A stretch of 63,752 nt of DNA, filler included, from Hausera hauseri (Eukaryota), in assembly GCA_046269625.1 (NCBI GenBank). It is 11 parts of 11 records of this genome, joined end to end, with 100 filler letters (N's around TTAATTAATTAA, not from the genome) between each part and the next. Parts side by side here need not be neighbours in the genome. Positions count along the whole stretch, not along the records: positions 55,057 to 59,268 come from JBJURY010697882.1; positions 59,369 to 63,752 come from JBJURY010607554.1; 9 more parts are not named here. The stretch is one strand, 5' to 3'. The notes beneath the pieces are model-generated. The model was given only the letters and a program-made list of their open reading frames with translations, had not been told where the DNA came from and did no database searches. Both the position numbers and the translations under genes were made by a program. Shown piece by piece: positions 57,196 through 63,752 of the stretch (the first letter of the stretch is position 1; every line of letters begins with the position of its first letter).

Positions 57196-59268
57196 TCACT
57201 TTAATGAGTAACCGGTATTTTCATATCCATATACCTTTTCAACATGATGCAAATCTCCATCCACCGAAACTGCTTTAACGGACGAATGTTTAGCAAACGA
57301 AACAAAGACCTCATCGAGACTAGTCTGGGATATTGAGTAATCCAAAATATCACCAACACTTTTCAAACTTTCGAATAGATCGAATAGCACGAATAATTTC
57401 ACTGCAGTTTCCTTCAATCGGTAAACAATCGTCACAAAATTCTCATCTTGAATGTACGCATCATTGTCGAATTCTTTGGTCATTATTTGTTTGATTTTAT
57501 CTCTGTTGAAATTACTCGACATATCCGGCGGTAGTCGAATTTTAATTTGATAATCACTACCGAATTTCGACTTGAGTCGCTGCACACTACCGATGCATTT
57601 CATTTGCCCATTGACCATGATACACAGTCGATGACACAGAACTTCACATTCCTCCATATTGTGTGATGTGAGCACAACTGAGTGTTTGTTATTGCTTGTC
57701 AGAGACTGAATTCTATTCCACAGAAATCGTCGAGCACCGGCGTCCATTCCCGCTGTTGGTTCGTCAAGAAAAATAACTTTCGGACTGCCGATTAATGAAA
57801 TAGCCGTTGATAATTTCCGTTTGTTACCACCGGAAAGATTCTTCGTAATTTTTGAACCGTGTGACATGAGATTCAGACTTTTCATGCAACTGTTAACGGT
57901 TTCTTTCAGTTTCGATTTGGGAATGCCTCGTATTCGGCAATACAGATACAGTTCTTCTTCACAAGTCAGCAAACTGTGCAGTGCGTCGAATTGTGGACAA
58001 TAGCCCATATTTTGATGGGCCTTTATCATGTCCCTAATGATGGATTTCCCATTGATAAATGACTCCCCGGATGAAATGGCTTCTTCACCGATTAGCATTT
58101 TGAATGTCGTCGTTTTCCCAGCCCCATTAACTCCCAGCAAACCAAAACATTCCCCTTTATGAACACCGAATGTTATATTATTAACGGCAAGTTTTCTACT
58201 TTCGGACGAAACCGAATCTCGAACCGATTTACAACAATTGCACAAAACTTTAATCGATGGATTATAAATTTTTGTCAATTTTACAACTTTCAACGAAAAA
58301 TTTTCACTCGGTTCAGACAACACAAACGCTCGTTCTGCACAAACATCAACGTCTTCATCAATTATCTGTTCCGTTTTCTTCAGTTTCAAATTGCGAATTC
58401 TTCCGAGAATTGTCACTTGAACTAGACCACTTTCTATGAGAAACAAAACCAAAGTCCAACCAACGAACAGAACACATAACGAACAAATTTTTTCCCCGGC
58501 ATTATCCCAAGACAAAGCATCGTACTGATAGAAACCCCCTGTGATATTGTACGTCAGATAGTTGTACGACATTTCGACTATTCCTCGACCGAGATCATAC
58601 TGGGGGAAAAGGAGAAAGAATTTCTGGAGACCGGAGTTTATTGGCATCAGTGTTATGTCTTCCTTTTCCAGTAAATCCATAATAAAAGTCGAAATGGTAG
58701 TAATACAACCAATCAAAACATTATAGCTGTAGAGGACGACAAAAGCGGTACTGGGAACTTTGAAGAAAAACGTAAAGAAGTACATATTCGGGAGAATAGC
58801 AAGACCGTATAGAAATAGAATCAAAACAAAAGCAACAACATTTTTCTGACTGATGTACGACTGGTAATTAAATGAGTAGAAAATGATGATAATTATCGCA
58901 ACAGGGATAGCGTATTTCACAAAATCCCACAGAAATGTCGATATCCAATAAATGTACGAATTTATACCGGAAACCATTTGCTGGCGTTTTGACCCGGTGA
59001 CATTTTCTTCAACAAGAAACAACACAAAACTAGCCGGAATCAAGGACAATGCAAAGATGAGAAAGATGGACAGGGAGAGTTCGAGTGACATTTGGCTATT
59101 GATCTGCTGCAGCAGATCTTCTTGAGAATATCGAAACGGATAATTCGACACGACTATTCCGTATTTCGATCGTTCTGATGATGGATTTATTCTCGATCTG
59201 AGCAGCATGTTATCGAATATATTTGCATAGGCCGGCATTGATACGTACCCCTTTGAGTTGACCCAGAT
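57196..59268 (-). CDS. ABC transporter subfamily A, C-terminal half (TMD2 and NBD2), 5'-truncated by the contig edge
   Basis: IWVNSKGY; PASFVLFLVEE..TGSK.QQMVSG; GECFGLLGVNGAGKTTTFKML (Walker A); GYCPQFDAL; LSGGNKRKLSTA; FLDEPTAGMD; LTSHNMEECEVLC; YSISQTSLDEVF. Confidence 0.96.
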   Translation of the reverse strand: MWVNSKGYVSMPAYANIFDNMLLRSRINPSSERSKYGIVVSNYPFRYSQEDLLQQINSQMSLELSLSIFLIFALSLIPASFVLFLVEENVTGSKRQQMVSGINSYIYWISTFLWDFVKYAIPVAIIIIIFYSFNYQSYISQKNVVAFVLILFLYGLAILPNMYFFTFFFKVPSTAFVVLYSYNVLIGCITTISTFIMDLLEKEDITLMPINSGLQKFFLLFPQYDLGRGIVEMSYNYLTYNITGGFYQYDALSWDNAGEKICSLCVLFVGWTLVLFLIESGLVQVTILGRIRNLKLKKTEQIIDEDVDVCAERAFVLSEPSENFSLKVVKLTKIYNPSIKVLCNCCKSVRDSVSSESRKLAVNNITFGVHKGECFGLLGVNGAGKTTTFKMLIGEEAISSGESFINGKSIIRDMIKAHQNMGYCPQFDALHSLLTCEEELYLYCRIRGIPKSKLKETVNSCMKSLNLMSHGSKITKNLSGGNKRKLSTAISLIGSPKVIFLDEPTAGMDAGARRFLWNRIQSLTSNNKHSVVLTSHNMEECEVLCHRLCIMVNGQMKCIGSVQRLKSKFGSDYQIKIRLPPDMSSNFNRDKIKQIMTKEFDNDAYIQDENFVTIVYRLKETAVKLFVLFDLFESLKSVGDILDYSISQTSLDEVFVSFAKHSSVKAVSVDGDLHHVEKVYGYENTGYSLK

Positions 59269-59368
59269 NNNNNNNNNNNNNNNNNNNNNNNNNNNNNNNN
59301 NNNNNNNNNNNNTTAATTAATTAANNNNNNNNNNNNNNNNNNNNNNNNNNNNNNNNNNNNNNNNNNNN

Positions 59369-62300
59369 ACTCAATCCATAGACTTCCTTATCGACACAGG
59401 CGCTGCGGTTTCTTTGCTACCACTCACTTTCCCTGTACAAAATTCACCATTCAAAGTTAAATCGTTAATTACGGCTTTAGAACAACCTCTTGACATTTCA
59501 GGTACATCTAAATTGTTGTTCACCTTACCAAAATTTCATTTCACGTTTCATTGGACGTTTACCATAGCTAACTACGCACAGCAATCCTAGGTTCGGATTT
59601 CTTATCGCACTATAATCTTTTAGTTGTTTGCAAACAACAATATCTGAAACGTAACACTACTGGATATCTTACCGAGCGAATAAATAGTATATCCGCTAAG
59701 ACGCAAACGATCTTCCCGCAGAAACCTATACTCAAAAATCCTGTAAGTAATCCAAACGGCTTCAACAAGCATTTTTCATTTCGTAAATTTTTTAATGATA
59801 ATATCGATATTCAGTCGAGATTTGGTTTTCACAGCTACCATTATGTTGGTTCGGTACATTCACTAGACAAAATTACCTCTTCAAACACTATTTTAATACT
59901 ACTAACCTACACCAAATTCTCCTTGACTTCAATAACTCACAAACGTCACTCGTAACTGCACATATTGACTCAACACAATCACCATCACCCAATCTCTCGT
60001 ATTTGCTTGCAAGTCTACGGCAATACATACACACTTAATGCCCCTGCTTAATCCAGAAGGACCGAATCTTCACACCTACAAACAGCACTTTTCATCACAT
60101 CATAACGCAACATCAAAGACTTTTTCATCAAAAGGTACGCCTATTATCACCTCATCGTAGGCACGCTGTCGAAGCGGAATTTCTAAACCTTGAACGCTGG
60201 TGCACTGTACGCAGATCTAAATCGCCGTGGTCTTCGCCTTTACACGTTGTCCAATAACAGATGGATCCTTCCGACCATGCGGTGATTACCGTCAGCTAAA
60301 CACTCTAACTGTTATGGATGCATATCCTTTACCATTAATTAAGGATATCCTGCACAGGCTCAGTTCCACTACAGTAGATTCAACCATAGACTTAGCCAAG
60401 GCATATCATATAATTCCTGTAGCACCCGAGGACATCGAGAAAACTGCCGTTACGACACATCTTGGCCTGTACGAAAACATTTATATGACTTTTGGTTTAC
60501 GCAATGCTGCGCAGACTTTCCAACGTCATATCGATTCCATCCTCTCGGATTTCAGTTTCGAGAATCCATATATCGACTATATCTTGATTCCTTCGTCTCC
60601 AATCAAACAGCATGAAGAACACCTTCCTTCTATTTTCCAACGACTTAACCACCATAATTTACAAATTAATTTTACGAAATGTAACTTCTTTCAAAAGCGT
60701 ATTAACTTTCTCGGACACATCATTTTGGCAAATGGTCATTCTCTTCAGCCAGAACGTGTTGAAGCCCTCAAAAATATAGAACTACCTCGAACAACAACAG
60801 AAATGAAGAGCTTTTTGGGAACTTTACATTTCATTCACAAGTATGTGCAGTACTGCTCTAAACTTACAGCACCATTTGCTCACTTAAGCGGCAGCAAAAA
60901 CATATGCCAATCCAGTGTACACCTGACCTTGTTGATAAGTTTGATAAGCTACGCGAAAAATTTAAGACCGTCGATATTCTCGCTTTCCCTAAGCCTAATG
61001 CGGAACTCATTTTTAGTACAGACGCTTCATCCGCTGCGGTAAGTGCTGTGCTTCACCAAATACACAAAGGAGAAAATCGACCACCAGAGTTTTTCTTTGG
61101 TAAGCTAACATCCCCTAAAATTCGATATTCAACGTTCTAATGGGAATTATTGGCCATCATACTTGCTTTAGAACGTCTCTCCCACCTACTTGTCGATCGA
61201 CGTTTTATCATACAGACCGATCACAAGCATTTGCTAAACATCATGGCTGTGAAACATTCTTCCTCACGCCAAGAACGACAGATATCATATCTGTCGACAT
61301 TTAACTTTGACATTAAACATATTAACGGGGTTAATAATTTGGTTGCCGATTTCCTATCTAGGATGGTTGGTTCATAACCAACCACCTCAGGACATGCTTA
61401 ATTCTTTTAAGTCTTACACAACATTTAACAGTGTATATTCACTGCACCATCCTGGTGCTAAGTCAACTTTTCGCTTACTCCGCTGGCAAGTAATATGGCC
61501 GACTATGCGTTTTTATGTGCAAGCATAGGTTACGGAGTGCATGGCTTGCCAGAAATTTAAAATCACCAAACATTTAAAGCCACCACTATATCACTTCCCT
61601 TGCACATCACGTTTCGAGTCTGTTCATGTTGATCTCGTTAGCCCTCTTCCTCCTAACAACGGTCATCAGTTCATCTTGACCGTGATGGATCGTTCCTCGC
61701 GTTGGCCAGAAGCTGTCTTACTAAGGAACTCTAACACGGACACAATAGCCGACTTTTTCATACGCACTTGGATCAGCAGATTTGGATACCCTAGATTCAT
61801 TATTACGGACCAAGGTACTCAGTTTGAGTCCAATTTGTTTAAATCTCTCGTTAACCGATTAGGAATCAGCCATATATGCACATCACCGTATCACCCCCAA
61901 TCGAATGGTCTTCAAGAGAGATTCCACATAACACTAAAAACGTCACTAAGAATCCTCGCAGAATCCAATAGCAGTTGGACTACTCTTCTTCCTCTAGTTC
62001 TTCTGGGTTGGCACAACACCCTTCTAAGTCTACTGGTTATTCACCTACGGAAGCCCTTTTTGGAACACTTGTACGTTCATTATTTGCGTTAACTACCTTG
62101 GAAGACAGACCTACGGACGAAGCTATCTGAACGGCACAGGACCATTTTGTCTCAGTCAGTAAAGATTCATTCTGCTGGATAATAAATAACAATAAAACGT
62201 ACCTACCGGGGGATATATACTCGGCAAAGTTTGTCTGGTTAAAGACCAGACTCCGTGTGGTTTTCAACCACGGTATTTTGGGCCTTACAAACTCGTTAAA

Positions 62301-62823
62301 TTGCATTGCTATTATTTTTGATAACGGCATGAAACTAGCGGTGCATACCAACAACGTAAAGCCTGCTATTTTCATTGATGATTCCCCTCAAATAGAACCT
62401 TCTACGCCTTTTCTGACCCCACCGCCTTTTCCCCTTTCCGTTCCTCCAACTCCTACGCCCTTCCCCATCCCAAACCCAACACCCACCCTTTACTAGACCC
62501 TACTCCAAAAACACGTTCTACTAACCTCCCCACTTTTCTTCCCTTTTCTCCTTCATTTTCCTCTCCAACCCATTCTTCGTCTCTGAACAATATGTCATCT
62601 CCAACGACGACATCCGACATTGTTTTATTTCAATCAACTCGTCAACCTGATGCAGTTACACTAAAAAGCGCAAATTCGTATCATTCTGTACCTACAGTAA
62701 GGAGATTAAACTTACAGGGATACAAAGTCTTATTCATATAAAAATCTCCTAGACGGCCTGCACTATTCAACGACATTTTTCCTTTTCTTACCCTCTAGTC
62801 TCTTCTTTGCCACGGGAGGGTGA
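59369..62823 (+). mobile_element. Gypsy LTR retrotransposon pol (protease, RT, RNase H, integrase), decayed, with a Pro-rich tail and polypurine tract
   Basis: FLIDTGAAVSLLP; FRPCGDYRQLN..T..DAYPLP; FGLRNAAQTFQR; TDAS; TDHK; NLVADFLSR; HPG; VHVDLVSPLP; ITDQGTQFES; YHPQSNGLQERFH; GGGAGGGTGA before TG. Confidence 0.93.
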
Positions 62824-63553
62824 TGTTGTGTCCAACAGGATTTTGTAAATACACTATTGTTGTTTCCTCATTTGTTGTTCTTTGTTTTACAATTGCCGAC
62901 GAATTGGTGCACTTTTGCTGTTTTATTTCGTCGTGTCGGAGTGTCTCATCAAGATCACAAAAAATTGGATTTGTGGATCCCTGTTTGAGATTGAGAGATC
63001 TTCTGACAATATAACGACAAGCGATAGTTGAAACAAAGTTCAATGACAGGTTAATCACTACGTCAACAAAAGTCTTGATCAAGTGTTTTCTTGTTGTTTT
63101 GCCAAAATAAAAGTATTCACTGAATATTCAGCCTATAGTCCTGAACTGATACCTCACGACTAACTACCATTTTTTTCAACAAAATACTGCGGCTACTCTA
63201 TGAAGCTTTGAATTTATGTGAATTTGAATAAAAACTGTGTATATATGGATTTCAGTGAGCAGAAACTTGGTGATTGGTTCAGTGTTAACTCGTCAAGGAC
63301 AACAATTGAACATAAGCAACGCCAATAGTGTGATTGTACCACGTCTATATATATGTGTATATTTATTTATGTTTATATTTGTAGGTATATATGAACTGTA
63401 TATAAATATAGTGGATCGATATAATTATTGATATTGAAATTTTAAAAAGCTTAAAAAAATAAACGACATTGTTCTTAAGAAGTTTCTTTTCGTTTATCTA
63501 CAATTTGCCGTAATGGAAAATTATTCAATTTCCTCATTAATATCGGACTCACA
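62824..63553 (+). mobile_element. Putative LTR (about 730 bp) followed by a tRNA-Leu-type PBS (63555-63572)
   Basis: TGTTGTGTCC...GGACTCACA termini, then TGGTGTCTGAAGTGGGAT, one mismatch from the common Leu PBS TGGTGTCAGAAGTGGGAT. Confidence 0.65.
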
Positions 63554-63752
63554 ATGGTGTCTGAAGTGGGATTTGCACCATATGATCATTCTATCGTTGA
63601 ATTCCGACCATGAAGTTGAATTTGAATCGGGCATCGAAGCCAGCAAACGTTATGCCTCTGTGTCAAAAGAATTTTCCAGTGGATTGTGTCCGAAATTGTG
63701 TAACAAATTGCAGTCTTTGAGTACGGATTTACGGCTGAAGTTGCAGCTCATT

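Overview
This window is not one locus. It is 11 unrelated eukaryotic contigs joined by artificial 100-nt spacers (N44-TTAATTAATTAA-N44): 1-4818, 4919-11008, 11109-16344, 16445-26030, 26131-34343, 34444-39154, 39255-44305, 44406-49249, 49350-54956, 55057-59268 and 59369-63752. The DNA is AT-rich, probably from an invertebrate animal (a flatworm is my guess only), and is dominated by decayed mobile elements: Polinton/Maverick-adintovirus genes (pPolB, penton, core, major capsid, adenain protease), BEL/Pao and Gypsy LTR retrotransposons, RLE (HERO/NeSL-like) and RTE LINEs, and piggyBac, Chapaev-like and Sola-like DNA transposons. Two host genes, NXF1-like and ABCA, lie in contig 10. The most unusual signals are four. 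(i) A BEL/Pao Gag carries an Hsp70-derived segment, a ubiquitin-like domain ending RLKGG, and CCCH fingers in place of CCHC knuckles. (ii) A >8 kb modular polyprotein has a degenerate retropepsin, repeated internal signal-peptide/TM units and duplicated unknown domains. (iii) A decayed chimeric ORF joins a kinesin-14 neck, signal/TM segments and a dead USP domain. (iv) About 30 GGGAAY-N8-RTTCCC hairpins sit upstream of a putative LTR. Together these suggest retroelements that capture host domains into long polyproteins cut by host proteases. All homology calls are by-eye motif recognition, with no database searches, and coordinates of decayed elements are approximate.
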